From: Desulfatiglandales bacterium
GTDB taxonomy: Bacteria > Desulfobacterota > DSM-4660 > Desulfatiglandales > Desulfatiglandaceae
Direction: 5' to 3'
NCBI GenBank assembly: GCA_963666345.1
Contig: OY762721.1
Span: forward strand, 1,728,001-1,792,000
DNA length: 64,000 nt
The position numbers and the translations under genes were made by a program. The first letter of the stretch is position 1, and each line of letters begins with the position of its first letter. This document shows, piece after piece, positions 39,412-48,908 of the stretch. Below the pieces are notes generated by a model, which worked only from the letters and a program-made list of their open reading frames with translations, searched no databases and was not told where the DNA came from.

Positions 39412-39643
39412 GGATCATCTCCAAAAGAGTTGATCCAAAAGGAGGATTCCAGGGGTCTAGGGGTCTAGGGGTCGAGTGAAATGCTTAAAGCGATGATCAA
39501 ATCCCTGGAAAGCAAACCCCCGAATCCTTGAAACCGGGAACCCGCTGCGAAGCAGTGGGACTGAGCGAAGCGTAAGCGAAGCAAAGAATCCTTGAATCCT
39601 TGAATCCTTGGACCCTTTCTCCCAAATAATTGGGAGAAGAACT
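39412..39643. mobile_element. MITE-like element, family A (reverse orientation), inside the ABC operon
   Basis: GGATCATCTCC...GGGAGAAGAAC; octamers; mini-ORF MLKAMIKSLESKPPNP* at 39481-39531. Confidence 0.85.
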
Positions 39644-39702
39644 TTAGTTATTATCAGGGGGAGGTTATCCCTTACTCCCCTATATCAAAAGATGGTGAAC
39701 AG

Positions 39703-40605
39703 ATGATATCGTTCGGTTTATTAAGGACTATTCCCATATCCCTTGAACAGGGCCTCGCATACGGGCTAGTGGCGCTCGGGATCGTCATCACTTTCCGGAT
39801 CCTTGCATTCCCGGACCTTACCGTTGACGGAAGCTTCCCACTGGGCGCGGCGGTCGTCTCCCGCCTCATCATGGAGGGGGTCTCTCCCATCTACGGTATC
39901 ATTATGGCTGTTCTCTGCGGGTTTCTGGCCGGTTGCTGCACCGGGTTTTTAAATACGAAGCTCAAGATCAACAGCCTTCTGGCAGGAATCCTTATGATGA
40001 CCATGCTCTATTCGGTGAACCTGCGCATAATGGGAAGATCAAACATTCAGCTTCTTACGGTGAACACGATTTTAACCCCGCTGGAAAACCTCGATGTCAA
40101 CAGGTTTATCCCTATCATCACCTTCTTCTTTATTACCGTATTTGCCGTAAAATTCCTTACGGACATGTTCTTTAATACCCAGCTGGGCTTTGCCATGCGG
40201 GCCACAGGCGATAACGAGCAGATGATACGCACCCTCGGGGTGAACACCGACCATATGACCATCCTGGGGATCGGGATCTCAAACGCGTTTGTGGCTCTGT
40301 CAGGCGCGCTTGTGGCCCAGGATCAGGGTTTCTCGGATGTGGGCATGGGGATCGGGATGATCGTTGCGGGCCTTGCCTCCATAATAATCGGCGAGGCCCT
40401 GTTCGGCAAAAGGACGGTACGGAGGATGACCCTGGCGGCCATTGTAGGGTCCATCATGTACAAGCTTATAATTTCGCTTGGGCTCAGGCTGGGACTGGCC
40501 CCCACTGATCTGAAGATGGCTACCGGCGTAATGGTGATTCTGGCACTCGGCATCCCCGCCCTGAAAAAGGAAAAGGAAGGCAAACTCCACCTGAGGGGGG
40601 TTTAG
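39703..40605 (+). CDS. ABC permease, COG4120
   Basis: FPDLTVDGSFPLG, LLAGIL, LYSVNLRIMG, MRATGDN, GLASIIIGE. Confidence 0.92.
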   Translation: MISFGLLRTIPISLEQGLAYGLVALGIVITFRILAFPDLTVDGSFPLGAAVVSRLIMEGVSPIYGIIMAVLCGFLAGCCTGFLNTKLKINSLLAGILMMTMLYSVNLRIMGRSNIQLLTVNTILTPLENLDVNRFIPIITFFFITVFAVKFLTDMFFNTQLGFAMRATGDNEQMIRTLGVNTDHMTILGIGISNAFVALSGALVAQDQGFSDVGMGIGMIVAGLASIIIGEALFGKRTVRRMTLAAIVGSIMYKLIISLGLRLGLAPTDLKMATGVMVILALGIPALKKEKEGKLHLRGV

Positions 40606-40618
40606 GAAAAAAAGGACA

Positions 40619-41398
40619 ATGATAAGGCTTGAAAAGGTAACCAAGACTTTCTCAAAGGGCACGATAGACGAAAAGACGGCAATAAACGGATTAAGCCTTC
40701 ACGTCCGGAAGGGGGACTTTATAACCGTCATCGGGAGCAACGGCGCCGGCAAGACCACATTTTTGAACCTTATCTCCGGCACCTTCAGACCTGATGACGG
40801 TGTTATCTTTATTGACGGCTCCGACGTGACCCATCTGCCTGAACACAAGCGTGCAAGATATCTCGGCAGGATCTTTCAGGACCCCTTGATGGGAACGGCC
40901 TCATCCATGACCATCGAGGAAAACCTTGCCATGGCCGACCTGCGCGGAAGCCCCAGGGGACTCAAGTGGGGGGTCACAAAAGCGCTCAGGGAACACTACC
41001 GGCACACACTCAGCATACTTGAGCTCGGGCTCGAAACCAGGCTGAAAGACACGGTCAGCCTCCTTTCCGGGGGCCAGCGCCAGTCAATGACACTCCTTAT
41101 GGTCACGCTGTCTCTGCCGAAACTCCTGCTTCTGGATGAACATACCGCGGCCCTTGATCCCAAAACAGCCCAGAAGGTCATGGACCTTACCAAGAAGATC
41201 GTTGAGAAGAACAACCTTACGACCATCATGGTGACTCACAACATGCAGCAGGCCATCAGGTACGGGAACCGCATGATCATGCTGCACGAGGGGGGAATCC
41301 AGTTTGATATCGAGGGAGAGGAAAAATCGGCCCTCACGGTCGAGGGGGTGGTCAGAAGGTTCGGGGCCGAACTAAAGGATGAGGCCTTACTGGTATAG
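40619..41398 (+). CDS. ABC ATP-binding protein, COG1101
   Basis: GSNGAGKT, FQDP..GT, LSGGQRQ, LLLLDEHTAALDPK. Confidence 0.93.
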   Translation: MIRLEKVTKTFSKGTIDEKTAINGLSLHVRKGDFITVIGSNGAGKTTFLNLISGTFRPDDGVIFIDGSDVTHLPEHKRARYLGRIFQDPLMGTASSMTIEENLAMADLRGSPRGLKWGVTKALREHYRHTLSILELGLETRLKDTVSLLSGGQRQSMTLLMVTLSLPKLLLLDEHTAALDPKTAQKVMDLTKKIVEKNNLTTIMVTHNMQQAIRYGNRMIMLHEGGIQFDIEGEEKSALTVEGVVRRFGAELKDEALLV

Positions 41399-41440
41399 GT
41401 GCAGGTGTAAATGCCTGACCTCCAACATCAGGAGACTGTA

Positions 41441-42361
41441 ATGCTTGAAAATAGAATCGTCTTTTTAAACGGAGATTTCATCCCCTGGGACCGGGCCACG
41501 GTTCACATCATGAGCCACAGCTTCGGCCGGGGGTCCGCCATCTTCGAGGTGCTCGGCCTTCATGAAACCAAGGAAGGTCCTGCTGTCTTCAGGCTCGATC
41601 GCCACATTGAGCGCCTCTTTAAAAGTGCCGAGCTTCTAGAAATGGAGGTCCCGATCTCCCGGGAAAAGCTTTATGAGGCGGTTATGGCCACAATCAGGCA
41701 GAACATGCTCACCCAAGGCTTTATCAAGATAATCGGTTTCTTTCCCCAGATATCCTTTGAAATCACCCCTCCCCAGAAGAGGCTCGACATCTCGATCTTT
41801 GTTGTCGATCCCGCTCAGGACCTGGGAGGTCTTGACTTCCCTGTTGAAGAAGGCACCACGATCTGCATCTCCGGCTGGCGCAAGCTCGACCCGCAGACGG
41901 TACCTGTCGAGGCCAAGGTGGCGGCAAACTACCTGAACGGGATGATGGCCCGATTAGAGGCTGGAAAGCGCGGATTTGAAAACGTGGTCATGCTCGACAC
42001 CCAGGGCTTCATTGCCGAAGGGGGCACAGAGTCCATTTTTCTGGTAAAAGATAATAGACTCATGACCCCGTCGCTGGGAACCGTCCTTGCGAGCATCACC
42101 CGCAGATCCATTCTGAGCGCCGCAAAGACCCTGGGCATGGAAACGGTTGAAGAGCGCCTGCCCCCGGACCTGCTTTTAGAGGCGGACGAGATATTTCTGT
42201 CCGGCACCCCGTTTAAGGTCCTGCCGGTAAAGCAGGTGGAAGACAGGGTGATCGAGGCTACGCCGGGGCCAATCACCCGAAGGCTCTCCACCCTGATGGA
42301 TGAGATAATCACGGGCCGGGATGAACGCTTCAAACAGTGGTTCTTTCCTGTCAAAGGTTGA
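41441..42361 (+). CDS. Class IV (BCAT/D-AAT-like) PLP aminotransferase
   Basis: FRLDRHIERL, AKVAANY (PLP Lys), EG...IF, LASITR, ADEIFLSGT; GGAG RBS before 41441. Confidence 0.9.
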   Translation: MLENRIVFLNGDFIPWDRATVHIMSHSFGRGSAIFEVLGLHETKEGPAVFRLDRHIERLFKSAELLEMEVPISREKLYEAVMATIRQNMLTQGFIKIIGFFPQISFEITPPQKRLDISIFVVDPAQDLGGLDFPVEEGTTICISGWRKLDPQTVPVEAKVAANYLNGMMARLEAGKRGFENVVMLDTQGFIAEGGTESIFLVKDNRLMTPSLGTVLASITRRSILSAAKTLGMETVEERLPPDLLLEADEIFLSGTPFKVLPVKQVEDRVIEATPGPITRRLSTLMDEIITGRDERFKQWFFPVKG

Positions 42362-42529
42362 CGGCTTCGTAAAAAGTCCAATCCCGCGACACGCGGGATT
42401 ATGCTTCATCTTTCGTCATTACGATCCCGCTGCAAGCGGGATAAGTACGCCTCACTCCTCAAGACTTGCAGGCCTTGCATTTGAACTTTTCACTGTGCCG
42501 TCTCAATTTTGACTTTTTGCGAATGCATC
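42360..42529. mobile_element. MITE-like element, family D, with 6-bp TSD
   Basis: TIR GACGGCTTCGTAAAAAGTC / GACTTTTTGCGAATGCATC (15/19); AAGGTT at 42354-42359 and 42530-42535. Confidence 0.85.
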
Positions 42530-42537
42530 AAGGTTAA

Positions 42538-42697
42538 TTCATCCATAAATCAAGATTTATGGACTCACGCAATCAGCTTTCAGCAAAATAGTCGGCATAT
42601 CAAATTGTCGGCTGCCTACTGATTGCCGACGCCTGCCCGCCGTGAATGTGGCGGGGCTGAAAGCAGTATACAGAAATGAGCAATTTTCGGATGGGCT
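42538..42697. mobile_element. MITE-like element, family B (reverse copy)
   Basis: CATCCATAAATCAAGATTTATGGACTCACGC...ATTTTCGGATGGGC. Confidence 0.7.
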
Positions 42698-42840
42698 GGT
42701 TAGAAGTCACTTTCTATTCTTAAAGTACCCAACGGCAACCAACGGCTCTTCCCTCCCCCTTCTGCCCTGTTCAGCCCTTTTTTGGATCAAATCGGGAGAT
42801 ATTTTCCGAAAAGTTGCATCACTTTCAGTTTTTGCAAATC

Positions 42841-42988
42841 TGCACATGTTTATGTGCATCAGGGAAGATAATTAGCTGAAATACCAAAAGATATTTCTGG
42901 CAGGATAATGCACATAAATATGTGCACGGATAAGTTTATGCACATAAAACTGTGCATCGCTGTTTTTCAATGCACATGTTTATGTGCA
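42841..42988. promoter_or_regulatory. Four 18-bp palindromic sites TGCACA-N6-TGTGCA
   Basis: Sites start at 42841, 42909, 42939 and 42971; first and fourth are identical (TGCACATGTTTATGTGCA). Confidence 0.7.
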
Positions 42989-43031
42989 TTCAGTACAAAT
43001 TCTTCCTAAATCAGCTTAATACGCCTTTATT

Positions 43032-43212
43032 TGCTTGACATGCCCACCTTTTCAGTTATGGTATTATTTATATCTTTGCTTCAAACAGCCTTCTTTTTCA
43101 AAAAAAGGGCTCTAACCATGACACTCCACCTTAAATTGTGCCCATCTCACTCCTGACGGAAGATCTCTTTTCCGTCGGGAGCGCTTTAAGGGAATCATAA
43201 TATATTTTCAGA
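43032..43212 (+). promoter_or_regulatory. Promoter plus structured leader, copy B
   Basis: TTGACA-N16-TATGGT; hairpin CTCCTGACGGAA/TTCCGTCGGGAG (43150-43181); mini-ORF MTLHLKLCPSHS* at 43118-43156. Confidence 0.6.
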
Positions 43213-43379
43213 AACCCGCTTTCTGTTCGTTTGCAAACGAGCACAATTTTGACCGGTGGAGTTTCCGGCTGTTTCAGGGTGCCTCTTTTGATCAATTCTT
43301 CAGGTTGACCGCTTGCTTATATAATTACTTGCCGGGAAGCGCAGATGAAATTTATTCAACATAATAAAATGGAGGGGAA

Positions 43380-43583
43380 ATGGGAGTTGAAAACGCAGTA
43401 TGTCCCTATTGTGGCCGAGAGGTAATTGTTACGGTACCTACTGGTCACAGGTTGCGTAATATTGTGCAAAATCCAAGGTACAACCCCGCCTTTAATGAAG
43501 GCGATGACAAGCTTACGACGCAGTGGTCTAAATGCCCACATTGCAGTCATGAATTCGGAGGGGTGACGAGGGATGAATCTTGA
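43380..43583 (+). CDS. Small Zn-ribbon protein (CPYC...CPHC)
   Basis: 67 aa, GGAGGGG RBS, two CPxC motifs. Confidence 0.75.
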   Translation: MGVENAVCPYCGREVIVTVPTGHRLRNIVQNPRYNPAFNEGDDKLTTQWSKCPHCSHEFGGVTRDES

Positions 43584-43658
43584 ATGTAAGAACTGGTATC
43601 TCTTTAGGTAATGAAAGCACGTTTTTTCCAATCCTTAAGCAGCAAAAAGGAGGGACAA

Positions 43659-43874
43659 ATGGCTCTCAATAACATGCCATGCCCAAAATGCATTAACGGA
43701 AAAATCCAGAAACAGGTTCCTTGCAAAAGCTGTAACGGCACCGGTTGGGCAGACTTTTCCAAAGGGAAACGTTGTACTCAATTAGGTTGCGTTAACGGGT
43801 TTGTCACCATAAGCGAACCATGTTTCACCTGCAAAGGAACGGGTTCTATTCCCGGCAAGATAACTCCTTTTTGA
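43659..43874 (+). CDS. Stand-alone DnaJ-type zinc-finger protein
   Basis: CPKCING, CKSCNGTG, CTQLGCVNG, CFTCKGTG; GGAGGG RBS. Confidence 0.8.
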   Translation: MALNNMPCPKCINGKIQKQVPCKSCNGTGWADFSKGKRCTQLGCVNGFVTISEPCFTCKGTGSIPGKITPF

Positions 43875-43963
43875 GTTGTGTAAAAGCAAATTAACACGCA
43901 CCCGCAAAAAGCTGGTGCTCTTTCTGGTCCGATTATTTGCAGTCATTATCGAGGTTAAATGCC

Positions 43964-44107
43964 GTGATATTATTTTTAACCGGAGTTTTCATAGGAGCGG
44001 CAATCGGAATTATCGTTATGTCTCTTCTGGCCGTTAACAGGGATTCCGATAAACATTCGGATGATTTGGGCGGATCGTTAAATGAGAAAACGGGCAAGCA
44101 GTTATAG
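43964..44107 (+). CDS. Small single-TM protein (47 aa)
   Basis: Manual: MILFLTGVFIGAAIGIIVMSLLAVNRDSDKHSDDLGGSLNEKTGKQL*; GAGGT RBS before GTG. Confidence 0.6.
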   Translation: MILFLTGVFIGAAIGIIVMSLLAVNRDSDKHSDDLGGSLNEKTGKQL

Positions 44108-44260
44108 AAAATAACATGCCCGCATCCGTTCGGACAAGGACGATAAATCCCGGAAAACTTGAACAAGAGGCTTGAAAACGCCATAAGTGTAACCTTTTCC
44201 GTTCATCAGTGATGGGAGCGGAGGCGGACCGCTAAAAACAGGCACCCAATTAGGAGGAAA

Positions 44261-44551
44261 ATGATGCTTCGTAGATTTTTTAGGAGCAAAAACAGGCTGG
44301 AATTATTTTCTATTGCCATGATTCTGCTCTTGATTATGGTGCTGATGATGCAAGTTAACAAAAACCATAGCGACTTTAAACCCATTACACGGCACTAAGT
44401 GACATCAGTGAAAAGCAACCCAAACAATATTAAAGGGCAAATAAGCAGCAGCATCGATAGAGTGAAGCAGGAGATGAAAAGGGATAAGGCAGTCAGTCTG
44501 CGGGTTGAAAAACTGATTAAGATTCTGAGCAACAGTCAAACGGAAATTTAA
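44261..44551 (+). pseudogene. Membrane-anchored small protein with in-frame TAA at 44396-44398 (45-aa product or interrupted ~96-codon gene)
   Basis: AGGAGG RBS; MMLRRFF...IAMILLLIMVLMM...TRH* then VTSVK...SQTEI* open in the same frame. Confidence 0.5.
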
Positions 44552-44577
44552 CCCTTTTCCGTTTGACTGTTTATTTT
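44531..44577 (+). terminator. Intrinsic terminator
   Basis: Perfect 16-bp stem AACAGTCAAACGGAAA/TTTCCGTTTGACTGTT followed by a T-rich tail. Confidence 0.8.
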
Positions 44578-44581
44578 ATCC

Positions 44582-44794
44582 GGTTCTTCTCCAACTAAGT
44601 TGTAGAAGAGGGTCCAAGGGTTCCCGGTTTCTTTGCTTCGCTCAGTCCCACCCCTCAACAGGCTCGGGGCGGGTTCCCAGTTTCAAGGGTTTGCTTTCCA
44701 GGGATTTGATCATCGCTTTAAGCAGTTCACTCGAACCCTCGGCTCCTTGACCCCTTGACCCCTTCTTTTGGATCAACTCTTTTGGAGATGATCC
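44582..44794. mobile_element. MITE-like element, family A
   Basis: GGTTCTTCTCC...GGAGATGATCC; flanks TTTTATCC/TCTTATCC (7/8 TSD). Confidence 0.85.
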
Positions 44795-44807
44795 TCTTAT
44801 CCTGATA

Positions 44808-47657
44808 TTATTGTCCTTTTTCCCCGGTTTTGCCGGACATTTCTTTCAAAATACCCTCCAGTTTGTCAAGCTCCCTTCCGTATTCGGCCCATTTCCCCTG
44901 TCGCATATAGGCCTTGGCATTGTTGTAGTATCCTATTGCCCGTTCTGCCAGATTTGCGCCTTCCGGCGTTTTAGACATGGAAGGGGAAGCCAGATGTTCC
45001 GGGGTTATTTCCTCACCCAGTATGGCACTCAGTGCCTTGTCCAGCTTATCCTCCATGATCACGCGGTTGCTGAAAGCCACGATTACCCTTTTCAGCTCCG
45101 GCAAGGCGGCGAGCTTTGCCCTGTCCTGTCCGGATAAAGCCTGACTCCCCGTAGCCTTTCCACTACCCCTTTGTTGAGTTTGCGCGGTTGCCGGAGATTC
45201 GGACTGTTCCTGTGTTGCTTCCAAATAAATCGGTTCCACATAGATAAATGAACCGCTCACTGGAATGGCTAAGAGATTGCCTCTGATGACCCTCGAACCC
45301 TTCTGGCCCCACAGGCTCAACTCCCGGGAAATTTCGGTCTGTTGATCCACCCTGGCCTCTATCTGCATGGGCCCGTAGACCAGCTTGTCTTTGGGTAATT
45401 TGTAAACCAGCAGGGTGCCGTAGTGGGGCAGGTCACTCCTGGCGGCCAGCCAGCCGATCATATTGTCCTTTCGGGAAGGGGTGAAGGGCAGCATCAGAAC
45501 AAATTCCTCCTTTTCCCCTTCGGGCAGTTTTATGATGATATAGTACGGCTTCATTTCCTGACGGGAATCTCCGTAAATCTCATCGGGAACCTGCCAGAGA
45601 TCTTCCTGGTTATAAAAGACCTGGGCATCCTGCATGTGATAGGTGGTGTAGGTCTTTGCCTGGATTTCAAAAAGGTCCCTGGGATAGCGTATGTGCCTTT
45701 TCAAATCCTCGGGCATTTCACTGAAAGGCTTGAAAAGATCCGGAAATATCTTTGCATAGGTTTTAACAATGGGATCTTTTTCATCCATTATGTAAAAGCA
45801 CACATCCCCGTTATAGGCATCAACCGTCACCTTGACGGAGTTACGGATGTAGTTAAGCGACTTGTTATTCAAGCGGTGAGGGGACCTGCGGGAATAGGGA
45901 TACATGTTGGACGTGGTGTAGGCATCCTGAATCCAGTAGAGCTTTCCCTCCGACACAACCATGTAAGGATCCCGGTCATAATCCAGAAAAGGGGCAATGG
46001 TCCCTGCACGGCGTTCAATCCGTCGATTATACATGAGCCTGCTTTCAGGGCCCAGGTATGTGGTAAAGAGTATCTGGGGATCCCTAAATTCCGTGGCAAA
46101 TAAGAGCCTTCGCAAAAAAGAATTGATATGAACGCCCCCTTTTCCCTGATAATTGGCATAGACGTTTTTGTCCCCTTTGGGATAATCAAATTCTTCGGCC
46201 CTGGTCTTTACCATGACATATTCATCGGTCTTTTCTCCGTAATAGATCTCCGGCCGGTCAATCTTCAAATCATCAACATAGGAAGGGGGCAGGTCTTTAA
46301 TAAGGAGTTGGGGAAGTCCCTCGCTGGTTACTTCATTGACCGGACTTGAGGCCAATCCGTAGCCGTGGGTATAGATCAGGTGCCTGTTGACCCAGGTATT
46401 GGCCTGCGGGGGGAGTTTATTGACCACGAGTTCACGGGCGGCCAGCATGACCTGTCTATACTGGTTATCGATTTTATATCGATCCACGTCCACGTTGTTA
46501 AAGTCGTAATACAGCCTTATGGATTGAATCTGCCTGTAGGTTTGAAGCAAAGGGCGTTCATCCCAGATCCTGATATTCTGAATCGTGACATTTTCCTTCT
46601 CGATGTCTTTCGGGCTGAGTCGCTCATTTACCTCGAAATCGACTTCTTTGATCTTATTCAGGTTGTATGCCCTGCGGGTATAATCGATATTGTAAGCGAT
46701 ATAAGGCGCTTCCTTTGCCAGTTCGTTGGGCTTGACCAGGAGCTTCTGGATAACGACAGGAAGACCGTTTGCAAGTACCACGACCGCCCCCAACCAGACG
46801 CCTAGACTTATATAGATCAGTTTCGTCCTGGGCTTGATCGCGTTCATAAAAAGGACCACTGCAAGACCCAGGGATACAAGAATCAGAACCTTGTAGACCC
46901 AGGCCTTGACATGCACGTCCGTATAGCTGGCCCCGAAGGCGGGCCCCTGGGTGGAATACAGAAGTTCGTACATTTTAAGGTGAAAACCCCACGCTAACAG
47001 CAGGGCGATGAATCCTCCCAGGAAAATAAGGTGTTTTTTAGCCTTGAGTGATATGGCAATCTTGGGCAAAGCGGGTGGTTTACCCTCTCCTTGTACAAGG
47101 TCACCGATTACTTGAACAGCGCCGTCTTTCAGGTACCATATCACGGTGAGCCCGCCTGCAAAAACGATCAAAAGCATCAGGCCGTCCCGGATGAAATTGA
47201 AAAAGGGAAGTGCGAACACATAAAAACCTATGTCCTTGTCAAAAACAGGATCCATTTGGCCGAACGGCTCCTGGTATAGATAACGCAGGACCATATCCCA
47301 TTGGGCCGCACCCTTTGAGGCGATAATAAAACTGACAATCAGGATAAATGCGACGAAAATGATATTCAGGGTGTTGGCTGAAATTCCGAATTGTGCGAAA
47401 TATTCGGCATCATACGCTAATCCCGTTCCGGCGCCTTTGGCCGGCAGACGTCTGGCCATATAAAGATTGACGGAAACAATAAGGATCAAGAGGAGCCAGA
47501 TCGCGCCGCCGAAAACGATCTTGGTCAGGAGCATGGTCCGGAAAACAGGCCAGAAGTCCAAATTCAGGAACCACAGCCAATCAGGATAAATGGAAATCAC
47601 TGACCAGAGCAAAAGCGCAACAAGGACTGCAAAGCCGATCAAGATCTTTTTCTTCAT
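44808..47657 (-). CDS. UPF0182 family membrane protein
   Basis: DPVFDKDIGFYVF.LPF, ASYTDVH, NIRIWD, DVDRY, YTHGYG, LNYIRNSVK, RGNLL. Confidence 0.93.
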   Translation of the reverse strand: MKKKILIGFAVLVALLLWSVISIYPDWLWFLNLDFWPVFRTMLLTKIVFGGAIWLLLILIVSVNLYMARRLPAKGAGTGLAYDAEYFAQFGISANTLNIIFVAFILIVSFIIASKGAAQWDMVLRYLYQEPFGQMDPVFDKDIGFYVFALPFFNFIRDGLMLLIVFAGGLTVIWYLKDGAVQVIGDLVQGEGKPPALPKIAISLKAKKHLIFLGGFIALLLAWGFHLKMYELLYSTQGPAFGASYTDVHVKAWVYKVLILVSLGLAVVLFMNAIKPRTKLIYISLGVWLGAVVVLANGLPVVIQKLLVKPNELAKEAPYIAYNIDYTRRAYNLNKIKEVDFEVNERLSPKDIEKENVTIQNIRIWDERPLLQTYRQIQSIRLYYDFNNVDVDRYKIDNQYRQVMLAARELVVNKLPPQANTWVNRHLIYTHGYGLASSPVNEVTSEGLPQLLIKDLPPSYVDDLKIDRPEIYYGEKTDEYVMVKTRAEEFDYPKGDKNVYANYQGKGGVHINSFLRRLLFATEFRDPQILFTTYLGPESRLMYNRRIERRAGTIAPFLDYDRDPYMVVSEGKLYWIQDAYTTSNMYPYSRRSPHRLNNKSLNYIRNSVKVTVDAYNGDVCFYIMDEKDPIVKTYAKIFPDLFKPFSEMPEDLKRHIRYPRDLFEIQAKTYTTYHMQDAQVFYNQEDLWQVPDEIYGDSRQEMKPYYIIIKLPEGEKEEFVLMLPFTPSRKDNMIGWLAARSDLPHYGTLLVYKLPKDKLVYGPMQIEARVDQQTEISRELSLWGQKGSRVIRGNLLAIPVSGSFIYVEPIYLEATQEQSESPATAQTQQRGSGKATGSQALSGQDRAKLAALPELKRVIVAFSNRVIMEDKLDKALSAILGEEITPEHLASPSMSKTPEGANLAERAIGYYNNAKAYMRQGKWAEYGRELDKLEGILKEMSGKTGEKGQ

Positions 47658-47990
47658 TATTTAGCCTCCCTCAGATATTTAAATGATAGCTTATAATACC
47701 ATTTTGTAAATCATAAATCTCTAAAACAGTGAGCTATGCTTCAGAGTAAGGGCGGCGGTCAAATCCGCAGTTGACTTTCGACTGGAGTTGACAAAAAGGC
47801 ACCGCAGCCTCAAATCAACATGCAGTTCGATAAATGGTACCACTTGAAAAACCGAGTGATAGTAACAGGCAACTATCAAATATATGACAAAAAACCGGTT
47901 AAGAGATATTGGAAAAATCAAAGGCGGGCCCCAAAATCATAAAGATTGGCGAGTGATTTATGGCCGGGGCGGAGGCTTTTTATTTGAAAG

Positions 47991-48836
47991 CTACTTTTTT
48001 ACAAGTTCCAGGAATTTGGCTTCTTCGCCCTCCACCATGCGGTAGCAGTACTTGTCCTCATCCGGGAAGCTGCCCTCCTTGACCTCTTTGACATACTCTG
48101 CCATGGCGTCCGTGATTACCCGGGCCACGTTGCAGTATTTCTTGACGAATTTTGGAGTGAAGGCCTGGAACTGGCCGATCAGATCACTGACGATCAACAG
48201 TTGCCCATCGCAGTGCGGTCCCGCCCCTATGGACAAGACCGGAATTTTCAGCTTCTGCCAGATATACTTCATCACTTCCGGCGGCACAGCTTCCACAAGC
48301 AGCATTTTGGCACCTGCCGCTTCTACGGCCAAGGCGTCTTGCACCACCAGTTTTGCAGTTTCGGCAGTGCGGCCCTGGGCTTTGTGGCCGCCAAGTTGCC
48401 CTGAGCTTTGGGGAGTAAGGCCGATGTGGCCGATAACGTTGATGCCGGCATCAGTGATTGCGCGAATGCGGCCGGTCACGCGCACGCCGCCTTCCAGCTT
48501 GACGGCATCTACATCGGCATGCTTTAAAAAACGCACGGCATTATCCACCGCCTGTTCGTCAGATGCCTGATAGCTGCCTAAGGGCATATCACCCACAACA
48601 AAGCACTCGGGTGCTCCCCGTCGCACAGCCTCGCTGTGCGCGATACATTGATCCATGGTCACAGGCATAGTGCTGTTGTACCCGTAGACGCACATCCCCA
48701 GGCTGTCACCCACCAGAATCATTTCTACCCCCGCTGCCTGGGCAAACTGAGCGGTAGGGAAGTCATATGATGTCAACCAGGTGATTTTTTCCCCTCTGGA
48801 CTTCATCTGGTAAAGATCAAAAATGCTTTTTTTCAT
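47991..48836 (-). CDS. panB: 3-methyl-2-oxobutanoate hydroxymethyltransferase
   Basis: LTSYD, LVGDSLGM, DMP.GSY, VKLEGG, GHIGLTPQ, IGAG..CDGQ. Confidence 0.96.
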   Translation of the reverse strand: MKKSIFDLYQMKSRGEKITWLTSYDFPTAQFAQAAGVEMILVGDSLGMCVYGYNSTMPVTMDQCIAHSEAVRRGAPECFVVGDMPLGSYQASDEQAVDNAVRFLKHADVDAVKLEGGVRVTGRIRAITDAGINVIGHIGLTPQSSGQLGGHKAQGRTAETAKLVVQDALAVEAAGAKMLLVEAVPPEVMKYIWQKLKIPVLSIGAGPHCDGQLLIVSDLIGQFQAFTPKFVKKYCNVARVITDAMAEYVKEVKEGSFPDEDKYCYRMVEGEEAKFLELVKK

Positions 48837-48908
48837 TGATTCACTCCTCAATGCAATGTTGAACGCGGTGGATGAACGTGCATGAGGCAGGGTTTTACGA
48901 AAAGGAAA

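Noticed and set aside
42898..42912. Sigma54 promoter TGGCAGGATAATGCA
   Set aside because: GG to GC spacing is one base short of the strict -24/-12 geometry
42841..42988. CRISPR array
   Set aside because: Repeats only 18 bp, gaps of 50/12/14 bp, no cas genes
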